DNA from: Patescibacteria group bacterium | GTDB lineage: Bacteria > Patescibacteriota > Saccharimonadia > Saccharimonadales > JANWIN01 | Assembly: GCA_035480855.1 (NCBI GenBank) | Contig: DATIHJ010000026.1 | Location: forward strand, 1 to 55,746 | Direction of reading: 5' to 3' | Length of the DNA: 55,746 nucleotides | In this document: in pieces, positions 25,969-34,878 of the stretch | How positions within the stretch are numbered: the stretch's first letter is position 1 | How the letters are laid out: the number at the start of each line of letters is the position of its first letter | Made by a program: the position numbers and the translations under genes | Notes under the pieces: generated by a model | Seen by the model: the letters and a program-made list of their open reading frames with translations, nothing else | Database searches by the model: none | Told to the model about the DNA's origin: nothing

Positions 25969-26481
25969 CTAAGACTGTGCTTCTGTCTCGGGTGGTGACT
26001 CTTCTGTTTGGGACGTTGGCTCTTCCTCTACAGCTTCAGTCGTTTGCTCTGCCTCTGGTGCTGCTTCTACTGGCGTTTCGACAACTTCTTCACTAGTAAC
26101 CTCGTGCTCTGCAACTTCTTCTTCTGAAGTAGTAGTTTCAGGAGCCGCTACCTTTGGCTCAGCATCAGCTGGGCGGTTACGGCGAAGTTTGTCTGGATTG
26201 CGAATCTTACCTGTCTTTTTAGTGGCAACTGCTGCCCATTCTGGCAGTTTAATGCCTTCCTGCTTAAGTAATCGTGCTACTCGCTCTGAAGGCTGGGCAC
26301 CGTGTTCAAGATAAAACGTAGTCTTTTCTTTTACGAGAGTAGTAGCACGCGTATGTGGGTCATAACTACCAAGCAAGGCCACAAACTTACCGCTGGTCGG
26401 TGATTGGCGTGAATCTTGTACTACCACACGGAAACTTGCGTGACCGCTACGGCCAGTACGTTGCATACGAATAGCTAACAT
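25969..26481 (-). CDS. rpsP: 30S ribosomal protein S16 with a long acidic C-terminal extension
   Basis: MLAIRMQRTGRSGHASFRVVV.DSR..P.SGKF...LG.YDP, then a ~70-residue E/T/A/P-rich tail. Confidence 0.92.
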   Translation of the reverse strand: MLAIRMQRTGRSGHASFRVVVQDSRQSPTSGKFVALLGSYDPHTRATTLVKEKTTFYLEHGAQPSERVARLLKQEGIKLPEWAAVATKKTGKIRNPDKLRRNRPADAEPKVAAPETTTSEEEVAEHEVTSEEVVETPVEAAPEAEQTTEAVEEEPTSQTEESPPETEAQS

Positions 26482-26562
26482 ATATCTGTTGACTCTCTTT
26501 TCTCACTACTTCTTACATTTCTAAAACAGTCTAGGTAATTTTACAGATAACCACCCCTTATG

Positions 26563-27270
26563 TCAAGATTGGGAAGTTTCGTAATGTTTAAGCGCGTCTT
26601 CGGCTGCGCCCTGCTGGCCTGCCTGTTTGCTAGGTCCAGTACCTGTGCCCTTTTGTGCACCGTTTACAAATACGCCCACGCTAAATATTTTGTCGTGGTC
26701 TGGACCTTCCTCACTCAAAACTTTGTAAACGGGGGTAAATCCATCCTTACTTTGTACTAGTTCCTGTAAATGAGACTTGGCATCCATCCATGACCCTGTC
26801 TTTAAAATATCTTCGAATGTTGCTAGAACGCTTTGCTCGATAAATTTTTTAGCTGGCTCATAGCCTTGATCCAAATACAAAGCGCCAATTACCGCCTCAT
26901 AGGTGTTGGCCAATATTTGTGCCCTGGCCCGATCCGTGCCGCGTTTTTCTCCCTTGCTCAGCCGCAATAATGCTTCAAACTCTAACTTTGCTGCGGCAGC
27001 ACTAATACTCTCTGTGCGCACTAGGGCACTGCGCCAATTAGTCAGGATGCCTTCTGGCTCTGTGTAGTGTGTGTACAAATATTCGGTAGCCACTAGCTCA
27101 AGTACAGCATCACCTAAAAACTCCAGCCGCTCGTTGTGCTGTTTGACGGTTTTGCGGTGCTCATTAACATAAGACCGGTGAGTAAAGGCCGTGACTAGTA
27201 AATCTATATCTGCAAAAGTCACTCCTAACGTGTCTTTAGCAAACTGTTTGTAGCTATTTGTGTCTTGCAT
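26563..27270 (-). CDS. rnc: Ribonuclease III
   Basis: Signature NERLEFLGDAVLE, a second acidic cluster (YEAVIGALYLD), and a C-terminal dsRBD (K..LQE......G..P.Y.......GPDH...F.V.V). Confidence 0.92.
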   Translation of the reverse strand: MQDTNSYKQFAKDTLGVTFADIDLLVTAFTHRSYVNEHRKTVKQHNERLEFLGDAVLELVATEYLYTHYTEPEGILTNWRSALVRTESISAAAAKLEFEALLRLSKGEKRGTDRARAQILANTYEAVIGALYLDQGYEPAKKFIEQSVLATFEDILKTGSWMDAKSHLQELVQSKDGFTPVYKVLSEEGPDHDKIFSVGVFVNGAQKGTGTGPSKQAGQQGAAEDALKHYETSQS

Positions 27271-27275
27271 AGCTG

Positions 27276-27785
27276 TTATTTCCCTGGTCCCTGTATATTT
27301 CGTATTTGCTTTAAGGCCAGCAATATAATTTTGCTGATGTCTTCATATTCTATTTTATCAAGTGCATCGTTAGCGCTAAACCATTTAATGCCATTCATCC
27401 AGTCTTCTGGTTTTAGTTTGTTGGTATCTCCTTGGGCCTGAATTAGAAATATTTCTGTGGTCATAAGCACCAGGCTTTGCTGTCGACGGTACTGGAAGTT
27501 TATTTTGCCAAGCCAGTTAAGCACCTTCACCTGCATCAGTCCTGTTTCCTCACCAATCTCGCGCTCTGCTGTATCCTTAGCAGATTCACCTTCCTCAATA
27601 TGCCCTTTTGGAATAGTCCATCTGTCTTTGGCATCCTGAATTAGTAAAATTTCTACTGCTTTAGACTTGGGATTATGGCGGTATACAATACCGCCTGCCG
27701 TTGGTTCGCGAACCACTTCATTTATAGCCGGAGCACGGCGGTGGACAAATTTCTTGAAACCTTGGATGGGCTTTGGTCGTTTCAT
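27276..27785 (-). CDS. NUDIX hydrolase
   Basis: Nudix box GHIEEGESAKDTAEREIGEETGL. Confidence 0.85.
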   Translation of the reverse strand: MKRPKPIQGFKKFVHRRAPAINEVVREPTAGGIVYRHNPKSKAVEILLIQDAKDRWTIPKGHIEEGESAKDTAEREIGEETGLMQVKVLNWLGKINFQYRRQQSLVLMTTEIFLIQAQGDTNKLKPEDWMNGIKWFSANDALDKIEYEDISKIILLALKQIRNIQGPGK

Positions 27786-27787
27786 TA

Positions 27788-28252
27788 TTATTTCTTTACT
27801 TTCTTCTTAGGAGTTTTCGTAGCAACTTTATCCTTTTGTTTTAGAGCTGTTCCAAGCACACCATTGATAAATTTAGAGCTGTTATCGCCTCCAAAGGCTT
27901 TGGCCAGCTCGACTGCTTCATTTATTACCACCTTAGGCGGCACGTTAGTTTCATACAGCAGCTCATACAGCCCCATACGTAAAGTTATTCGGTCCATACG
28001 GGCAATCTGATCAATAGGCCATTCTGGAGCAATAGGTTGAAGTTTGGCATCAAGGTCAGCTTGCTTGGCATCTACACCTCGTACAAGTGCCTCTATGAAG
28101 TCGTGGTCGTCAACAGTCTGCTTATAACGACTAATATTACGCTTTAGTACCTCAGCCAAGTCAAATGTACTATCGCCACACTCTCGACGGAACTCTTGCT
28201 CGTAAAGAGTTTGGAGGGCGATGATGCGGCCGAGGTGACGGTTTGAAGCCAT
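27788..28252 (-). CDS. nusB: Transcription antitermination factor NusB
   Basis: [11 protein letters not shown], ...A.W..D....DR..LR...YEL.....[14 protein letters not shown]...S.KFINGVL. Start at ATG 28252, with GTG 28267 possible. Confidence 0.88.
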   Translation of the reverse strand: MASNRHLGRIIALQTLYEQEFRRECGDSTFDLAEVLKRNISRYKQTVDDHDFIEALVRGVDAKQADLDAKLQPIAPEWPIDQIARMDRITLRMGLYELLYETNVPPKVVINEAVELAKAFGGDNSSKFINGVLGTALKQKDKVATKTPKKKVKK

Positions 28253-28290
28253 ATTGTTAAATTCCACTTAGCTGACAAAGTGTCAGCTGT

Positions 28291-28440
28291 TTACTTTACT
28301 GCTGCTTTGCCGGATTCACGACGTGTGGTGTAAACCTTGACTGGTGATTTAGCATTGACCACTCGCGCCAGCTTAAGCTTAAGGTGACTGCGGCGTGTAC
28401 CTGTTCGGCGGGGACTAGTGCGTTTCTTGGGTTTACCCAT
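28291..28440 (-). CDS. rpmF: 50S ribosomal protein L32 (missed by the ORF track, 49 aa)
   Basis: The minus-strand ORF translates to MGKPKKRTSPRRTGTRRSHLKLKLARVVNAKSPVKVYTTRRESGKAAVK, which carries the L32 N-terminal signature (P-K-K-R-T-S..R....R-S-H). An SD (taggagtg) lies upstream. Confidence 0.8.
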   Translation of the reverse strand: MGKPKKRTSPRRTGTRRSHLKLKLARVVNAKSPVKVYTTRRESGKAAVK

Positions 28441-28489
28441 GGTATTACTACAGCACTCCTATCTGTGATTATACTGATATCTTACCTGT

Positions 28490-28518
28490 ATTATAGCGTT
28501 TTAAGTAGCTTTATTCAA
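28490..28518 (-). promoter_or_regulatory. Promoter TTGAAT-17 nt-TATAAT upstream of rpmF
   Basis: The minus strand has TTGAAT (28518-28513), a 17-nt spacer, and TATAAT (28495-28490). The leader carries a second TATAAT and the SD. Confidence 0.5.
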
Positions 28519-28539
28519 TGGTAGGAAATGGTGAGAAAG

Positions 28540-31005
28540 TTATACTACGAAGTTAACTAGTTTACCTGGAACGTAAATAGTTTTGCGAATTGGCTTATCT
28601 AAATAGGTTTTGGCCTTGTCGCTTGATTTGGCAGCCTTCACGACTTCGTCTTCGCTACTTCCAGTTGCCACCTCAATATTCGCCCGAACCTTACCGTTGA
28701 CTTGAACGACTATGGTAATTGTTTCTGTGGATAGATATTTAGTGTCATGTGTGGGCCAATGATCAACATGGACACTATCTTCATGGCCTAGTTCATGCCA
28801 AAGCTCTTCGGCAATGTGTGGTCCAAACGGAGCGATGAGCATTACCAGACTCTCAAGCGTAAATTTCCAAGTATTTTCATCGCTAAAGCCCCCGGTTTTA
28901 AGCTTATAGAGATCATTTGTGCACTGCATCATGGCAGCAATAGCGGTGTTATATTTTTGTGTTTCTAAGTCATCGGAAACCTTTTTAATAGTTCTGTGAA
29001 TGATCGGTAAAATATCTGCGGCCTGGTCTTTCTTGTCAGTGTGACTATTGGTTGATGCCAAAAACTCTTGGGTTAAATTCCAAACACGTGACAAAAAGCG
29101 GTGTGTTGCTGGCACACCTTGTGCATCCCAACGCACCCACAGCTCTAACGGCGCAGCAAACATTAAGTAAGTTCGAAGTGCATCCGCCCCATAACCATCG
29201 TTAATGATCTCCAAGGGATCAATGCCGTTGCCTTTGCTCTTACTAAACATCCGACCGTCACTAGCCGTAACTTTACCGTTGAATAAAAATTTCTTAAAAG
29301 GTTCTGGCTTATCTACGAGCCCCTGCTTATGCAGGAACCGTGTAACAAAACGAGCATAAATCATATGGGCAGTGGCATGATCAGCACCATTGTAGAAATC
29401 TATGGGAATCCACTTGTTAACAATGTCGCTATTAAATATCCTTTTTTCATTATCTGGATCAAAGTAGCGCAACATGTACCAACTGCTGCATATATATGTA
29501 TCAAGCGTATCAGTTTCGCGCTCTGCTGGTTTACCGCATGTTGGACATGTTGTATGCAGCCAATCAGCTGCACGAGCTAAGGCACTACGACCATTGTCGG
29601 TTGATGCATAATCTTTAATTTCGGGCAAAATGACAGGTAGTTCTGCGTCGGGCAAAAGAACAGCTCCGTGGTCAGGACAATACACAATCGGAATTGGTGC
29701 ACCCCAGTAGCGCTGCCGCGATACACTCCAGTCTCGCATCTTGAAATTTACCTTTTCAACTGCAGCATCCTTTTTAGCTAGCCAGGCAGTAATTTTATCG
29801 CGGGCTTCTTCACTGCGCATGCCAGTAAATTCACCAGAGTCGATTAAAATACCTTCGCTAGTGTAGGGATATTCCTGAGCCTTAACTGCTTCAGCAGCCT
29901 TTTTATTCTCTGGAATAATTGTCACGCGGGCTGGAATTTTAAACTTCTTCAGAAATTCAAAGTCGCGTTCATCATGAATGTCACCGAAAACTGCGCCAGT
30001 GCCGTAACTCGCAATAACAAAATCTCCAACCCAAATTGGAACTTTCTCATTATTGGCTGGGTTAATGGCGTAAGCACCGGTAAAAACACCTGTTTTTTCT
30101 TTGTCGGCCTGGCGTTCAATATCGGTCTTTTTTAGGCTGTCAGCAACATAATCTTTAACAACCTTTTGATGTTCTTTAGTTGTTAGTTTATCTACGAGCG
30201 AGTGTTCTGGAGCAAGCACCATAAAAGCTGCGCTAAAGATGGTGTCAGCACGTGTTGTAAATACTGTGATTTCTTGCTTTTGGCCGTGTACTTTAAACCG
30301 TATCTCGGCGCCTATTGACCTACCGATCCAGTTCTTTTGTGCCAGCTTAACGCTTTCAGTCCAATCCAGATCGTCAATCGCTTCGAGTAATTCATCTGCG
30401 TAGTCGGTAATTTTAAAGAACCATTGCTTGACTTCACGCTGGGTAACCAGAGGGTCGTCAGGACCATCATGGCGCCAACACTTGCCGTCAATAACCTGCT
30501 CATTGGCAAGCACTGTATTATCTATTGAGCACCACCATTGCATGCGTGAATCTTGATAAGCAAGCCCGGCCCGATACATTTCACTAAAAATCCACTGTGT
30601 CCATTTGTAATACTTTGGCTCATGGGTAGCAATTTCCTTGGACCAGTCATTGCTCCAACCCATAGCCTTATACTGTTTGTGATAGCTCGGGATTATAGTA
30701 GCCATTGATTTTTGAGGAGACACACCAGCTTTAAGAGCGTAGTTTTCTGCTGGCAAGCCGAATGAATCCCAGCCAACTGGATGGTAGCTTTCATACCCTT
30801 GTTGTCGCTTAAATCGTGCCAACACATCACTAATGGTGTAGTTCATAGCATGGCCTATATGAATACCAGCACCACTAGGATAATTAAACATGCTCATAGC
30901 AATATACTTGGTTTTATTGCTAGTCAGATCAGCCTTGTAGGTTTGATCATCGTCCCACTTTTTTTGCCACTTGGGTTCAATCTCTTTGGGGTTGTATCGC
31001 CTCAT
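28540..31005 (-). CDS. leuS: Leucyl-tRNA synthetase
   Basis: An 821-aa class I synthetase with HIGHAMNY (HIGH), a CP1 editing region, an FSKSKGN (KMSKS-like) loop, and a typical LeuRS N-terminus MRRYNPKEIEPKWQKKW. Confidence 0.97.
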   Translation of the reverse strand: MRRYNPKEIEPKWQKKWDDDQTYKADLTSNKTKYIAMSMFNYPSGAGIHIGHAMNYTISDVLARFKRQQGYESYHPVGWDSFGLPAENYALKAGVSPQKSMATIIPSYHKQYKAMGWSNDWSKEIATHEPKYYKWTQWIFSEMYRAGLAYQDSRMQWWCSIDNTVLANEQVIDGKCWRHDGPDDPLVTQREVKQWFFKITDYADELLEAIDDLDWTESVKLAQKNWIGRSIGAEIRFKVHGQKQEITVFTTRADTIFSAAFMVLAPEHSLVDKLTTKEHQKVVKDYVADSLKKTDIERQADKEKTGVFTGAYAINPANNEKVPIWVGDFVIASYGTGAVFGDIHDERDFEFLKKFKIPARVTIIPENKKAAEAVKAQEYPYTSEGILIDSGEFTGMRSEEARDKITAWLAKKDAAVEKVNFKMRDWSVSRQRYWGAPIPIVYCPDHGAVLLPDAELPVILPEIKDYASTDNGRSALARAADWLHTTCPTCGKPAERETDTLDTYICSSWYMLRYFDPDNEKRIFNSDIVNKWIPIDFYNGADHATAHMIYARFVTRFLHKQGLVDKPEPFKKFLFNGKVTASDGRMFSKSKGNGIDPLEIINDGYGADALRTYLMFAAPLELWVRWDAQGVPATHRFLSRVWNLTQEFLASTNSHTDKKDQAADILPIIHRTIKKVSDDLETQKYNTAIAAMMQCTNDLYKLKTGGFSDENTWKFTLESLVMLIAPFGPHIAEELWHELGHEDSVHVDHWPTHDTKYLSTETITIVVQVNGKVRANIEVATGSSEDEVVKAAKSSDKAKTYLDKPIRKTIYVPGKLVNFVV

Positions 31006-31047
31006 TGAGCTGTATTATAAGATATTCACCTCTTATCTGCTACTACG

Positions 31048-31950
31048 CTAACGTCCAAAATAGATACCGCGACTGGTTAGATTAAGGCCTAACAGTTGGC
31101 TTACTGTTACGAGACGGTATTTGCTTTTTAGGTCGGTAACGATTTTATCAACCGCTGCCGCAGTTAGTGGTTTATCGTGCATAACTATAATGCCTCCTGG
31201 CTTGGCCTGGGACTCTACAATTTGGGCTACGGCGTTTGGGTCTTTTTGTGCCCAGTCTTTGGGGTCAACATTCCACATGATAATGGGCATGTTTATACGA
31301 CTAGCAATGGCCTCGTTTATTGACCCGTACGGTGGGCGAAGTAGATACGGTGCCGGCACACCAATAGCCGCAATCGCAGCCTGTGTCATATCAACTTGCT
31401 GCTGGACTTGGGCAGCTGGAATTTTAGTAAAATCTGGATGTGTCCAACTATGGTTACCAATATCACTGCCATCAGCATGAATCCTCTGCAAAATTGCTGC
31501 ACTTGGAGCAACTTTGTAGCCAAGTACAAAAAAGCTAGCGTGAACTTGAGCCTTTTCCAACGCACTTAGGATTATTGGAGTTGAGTCAGCATTAGGGCCG
31601 TCATCAAATGTTAGAGCCAAGCACTGTTCGACCTGGCAATCTGCCGGAGGTGGCGGGGGTGGAGTAGCTAACTTTTGGAGCAAAAAGGTTGATAGATTGT
31701 CTTGTTCTGGTGTAAGTTCTTGCTCTAGTTTTGAGACTGTCTTTAGATTGTCTGTCTGTTTTGCGCTAGATACTGTGATGTGCCTAACAGAAGTTGCACC
31801 AACTTGGCGGTGAACCTGTATATCTACTACCATTAGCACACCTATTATCAATGCCGCCAGCATACCTAAGTAAGCCTGCCCAAAATGTTTTGAGCGATAA
31901 GCAGCTTTTACCCGGTTATCCCATAACTCGGGCGTATTTACTATCCTCAC
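31048..31950 (-). CDS. Membrane-anchored polysaccharide (peptidoglycan) deacetylase, CE4 family
   Basis: N-terminal TM, a poly-Pro linker (PPPPPP), then NodB motifs TFDDGP, HSWTHP and LRPPYG. GTG start. Confidence 0.85.
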   Translation of the reverse strand: MRIVNTPELWDNRVKAAYRSKHFGQAYLGMLAALIIGVLMVVDIQVHRQVGATSVRHITVSSAKQTDNLKTVSKLEQELTPEQDNLSTFLLQKLATPPPPPPADCQVEQCLALTFDDGPNADSTPIILSALEKAQVHASFFVLGYKVAPSAAILQRIHADGSDIGNHSWTHPDFTKIPAAQVQQQVDMTQAAIAAIGVPAPYLLRPPYGSINEAIASRINMPIIMWNVDPKDWAQKDPNAVAQIVESQAKPGGIIVMHDKPLTAAAVDKIVTDLKSKYRLVTVSQLLGLNLTSRGIYFGR

Positions 31951-31994
31951 AGTCTTACTAACATACCCCGTCTACCTGATAAGGTCAATTACCG

Positions 31995-33020
31995 CTAGAG
32001 ATGTCTGAGTTTTCGGCGCGCCGTTTCGAACACAAACGTAGCCGGATATTTAATAGGGCTAATGATTAGATCCCGGGCAGGCAAGTAGGCCACATCTTCA
32101 CCACCAAAGCCACGCTTAAAGATGGAGACTCCATGAAAGCGGTGTTTAGTCTGTCCGTGTTCTGTAACACCCCAGAAGTTATAGCGAGTACAGCCACGAC
32201 GGCGGGCTTCACTAATTGCCTGCCACTGTATAGCATAGGCACCAGGAAACTCCCGTGCCAGCTCAGTACTAGCACCATAATGATAGGCTGCCTCTTTCCC
32301 GTAAAATATTACAAAAGCCATAGCCAGAAGCTTGCCTTGATGAGTTGAGCGGTATAGCAATACTTTATCTACCTCAGCAAAAGTCTTGAACTGTTCAGTC
32401 AAAAACTTCTTAGAAAAAGGCACAAAATTTTGCCGTTTGGCGGTTTCCATCTGTAACTGGCAAAACTCTTCTATATAGCTATCGTCTTTGCTGGCCTCTA
32501 CTTTTATGTCAAGCTTCTGGGCACGGTTTAGTTCATAACGTGTGCCCTTACGCATCATCTTTCTTAATTCGTCATCAGGTTTTGTCAAATCTAGCTGGCT
32601 AGTAAGGTCTGCAGTTACATGCATAGGTGATTTGTGAAATCCAAGTTTTTTAAAAAGCTGGCTATTCTGGGGATTATCCAATAGTTGAGGTCTTACCCTA
32701 ACAAATAAGCAATTGTTTGCATGGGCAACACGGCGAATAGTCTCTACCCAAGAAGTTATTAACTGTGAGTTTTGCCAGTCTATTATTGGTCCACCAGCCA
32801 CTACCAAATGGCGGCCGCGTCGGGCAGGCTCAACTACTGCTTGGACAACACCAACAAGCATATTGCCATCATAAAAACCATGGCGCTCCACAGTGTGGCC
32901 GAGACGCTGGTGGAACACGCCCCAGTACCAGGAATGCAAGAAGTTGGCCTCAGGTCGCTGGGCCAAAAACCCTTCCCATTCATCTTTATTGTCTACTATT
33001 TTGGTTGTGATTTGAGCCAT
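31995..33020 (-). CDS. FemAB-family aminoacyl-tRNA-dependent peptidoglycan branch-peptide transferase
   Basis: FLHSWYWG..........G.......GV.Q........R.L....GP, C-terminal YHYGAS.......GAYA.QW.AI..A...G...Y.FWG. Overall FemX/FemA-like length of 341 aa. Confidence 0.85.
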   Translation of the reverse strand: MAQITTKIVDNKDEWEGFLAQRPEANFLHSWYWGVFHQRLGHTVERHGFYDGNMLVGVVQAVVEPARRGRHLVVAGGPIIDWQNSQLITSWVETIRRVAHANNCLFVRVRPQLLDNPQNSQLFKKLGFHKSPMHVTADLTSQLDLTKPDDELRKMMRKGTRYELNRAQKLDIKVEASKDDSYIEEFCQLQMETAKRQNFVPFSKKFLTEQFKTFAEVDKVLLYRSTHQGKLLAMAFVIFYGKEAAYHYGASTELAREFPGAYAIQWQAISEARRRGCTRYNFWGVTEHGQTKHRFHGVSIFKRGFGGEDVAYLPARDLIISPIKYPATFVFETARRKLRHL

Positions 33021-34189
33021 TCGTTCACCTTTATTGCTATAAGTTTTGCTTTTTCGCCAGTTACATGGACATGAGTAGGTAAGTTAACTATATGCTTAGA
33101 CAATTCCTCCGCATTTGGGCAAGTACCAGCCTTGTAATCCGTTTTAGCTAAATATTTTATGGGTCCTATTGGCGCATCATACCAAGTATCTCCAATATGT
33201 ATGCCGTCCTTCCTTAGGTAGCTAACCAGTGAGTCCCGCTGGTCAACCCAAATAGGAAAACGCAAGTAAGTAGGTATGCCAGCTGGTTGGATTGATCTCA
33301 ATTGGGCTGGAAGTTGCTCATTATAAATAGCTGCTATCTCACGCCTATGGGCAAGCTCAGTTGCAAGTTGTTGCCAGCGCTGCAAAATTAAGCCCGCAGT
33401 AGAACTGCTCATTTGATGCAAGCCTTCCAGGTCATCACTCATTGGCGTGGCCATTAGGTTAAGTTTCTTGAGTATAAAGTGCACATAACGGCCCAGGCCT
33501 ATAGGGTATGTGCCACGTATAATAGCTGTCCAGAAAGGATACATGCGATTTTTAAGTCGTTGGCTGCTGCCAATTATGGGCAATTCGCTAGCCGGTTGTG
33601 CCGCTTGTCCTCGTCTGTCAATCATGGCACCACCAGCCACTACGTCGAGCGGCTTATCTTGGCTAAAAGACAGCATGGAAAATGCGCCTACTGTGCCAGC
33701 TTCGCGCCCATCCAGGTAAGTAAGCCCAGTGCTATGGGCCAGATCCTCAATAAGTAAAATAGCTGATTGTTGGCAATAGGCAGCAATGCTTTGCATGTCA
33801 GCGGGATATCCTAGTGTATTTTGTATTATTAGTGCCTTGATCTCTGGATGTTTAGCGTGGGCATGCTTTAGCTCTGTGATGCCAAAGTTTAGTTGGCCCG
33901 GCATAACGTCTATTGGCAGGCTTTTGTAGCCGGCATTTTCTACCGCTTTATAAACCGCATAGCATGTAAAGCCATTGATGCCTACCACACTACCAGCAGG
34001 TAATCCGCTGGCTTTCAGCGCAATCTCTAAAGCCTCCCTGCCCTTGTATGTTAGGATTGCCTGCCCGCCATAATGTTGCCCGAGGAGTTGAGCTAACTTG
34101 ATGTTTGAATCTTTGGATCCGCGTGCAAATAAATGTTGCCAAACATCTTTACTTAAATAGTTAGATCCTAGTGAGTTAAAAATGGCCAT
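32996..34189 (-). CDS. DegT/DnrJ/EryC1/StrS-family PLP-dependent aminotransferase
   Basis: The fold-type I sugar aminotransferase pattern includes the PLP-lysine region SFSQDKPL, and EDLAHS. It overlaps the upstream gene by ATGA and femAB by 25 nt. Confidence 0.85.
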   Translation of the reverse strand: MAIFNSLGSNYLSKDVWQHLFARGSKDSNIKLAQLLGQHYGGQAILTYKGREALEIALKASGLPAGSVVGINGFTCYAVYKAVENAGYKSLPIDVMPGQLNFGITELKHAHAKHPEIKALIIQNTLGYPADMQSIAAYCQQSAILLIEDLAHSTGLTYLDGREAGTVGAFSMLSFSQDKPLDVVAGGAMIDRRGQAAQPASELPIIGSSQRLKNRMYPFWTAIIRGTYPIGLGRYVHFILKKLNLMATPMSDDLEGLHQMSSSTAGLILQRWQQLATELAHRREIAAIYNEQLPAQLRSIQPAGIPTYLRFPIWVDQRDSLVSYLRKDGIHIGDTWYDAPIGPIKYLAKTDYKAGTCPNAEELSKHIVNLPTHVHVTGEKAKLIAIKVNEWLKSQPK

Positions 34190-34878
34190 CAGTTATCCAA
34201 GGCTTTCACAATTATTTCTGCCACTCTATCTGGGTGATTAAAAAATGGTGCATGGCGGGCATCATCAACAATGTTCAGGCTTGAGCCGGCTATACCTGCA
34301 TGGATTTTTTTGCCATCGTCCAGTGGTGTGATGCTGTCTTCCCTACCCCAAATAATCGTAACCGGTAATTTGACGAGGCTAAAATCTATCTTTTGGTCGG
34401 CAGCCAGCATGTTTCGCATTGTCTCCTTCATATTTGGCGGAGCATTGTTATAGTCCTGGGCACCAATAATTTTATAAAAAGCTTTTTTAATAGGTGGAAC
34501 GTGCGACAGGCCTTTTCCTACTTTGGATAAGTACTTCAGTGTTTTGAGTTTTATAGCGGCTTTAGTTTCGTTATGAGCCACACCGGCACTATCAATAAGT
34601 ATTAGTTGGTCCAGTTTGCCTGGATATTTTTGAACATAAGATAATGCAATTCTTCCGCCGTTGGAGTGACCTATGACTACTGGGTTTGGGGTATCCTTAA
34701 TTTTGCCATCAAGCCAACCTATGTAGCCATCTATGTCCCATACTTTGTCACTAGGCTCAGTTAGCCCAGGCACTTTTAGAAGCACGGGCTCAATTCCGCG
34801 CTTTTTTAGCTCATCTTGTAGTCCAGTCCACTTGTCTAGGTTATACGTCCAGCCGTGAATTATAAAAACCTGTTTCAC
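34189..34878 (-). CDS. Alpha/beta-fold hydrolase
   Basis: VFIIHGW, nucleophile elbow GHSNGG, and C-terminal D..H. GTG 34878 overlaps the MurF-like stop as GTGA. TTG 34893 in the track is less likely. Confidence 0.8.
   Translation of the reverse strand: MKQVFIIHGWTYNLDKWTGLQDELKKRGIEPVLLKVPGLTEPSDKVWDIDGYIGWLDGKIKDTPNPVVIGHSNGGRIALSYVQKYPGKLDQLILIDSAGVAHNETKAAIKLKTLKYLSKVGKGLSHVPPIKKAFYKIIGAQDYNNAPPNMKETMRNMLAADQKIDFSLVKLPVTIIWGREDSITPLDDGKKIHAGIAGSSLNIVDDARHAPFFNHPDRVAEIIVKALDN

Noticed and set aside
28271-28287. The perfect hairpin GCTGACA-aag-TGTCAGC between rpmF and nusB, as a possible terminator.
   Set aside because: There is no U-tract on the minus strand, and it sits 20-35 nt before the nusB start. 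It is more likely a minor mRNA structure.
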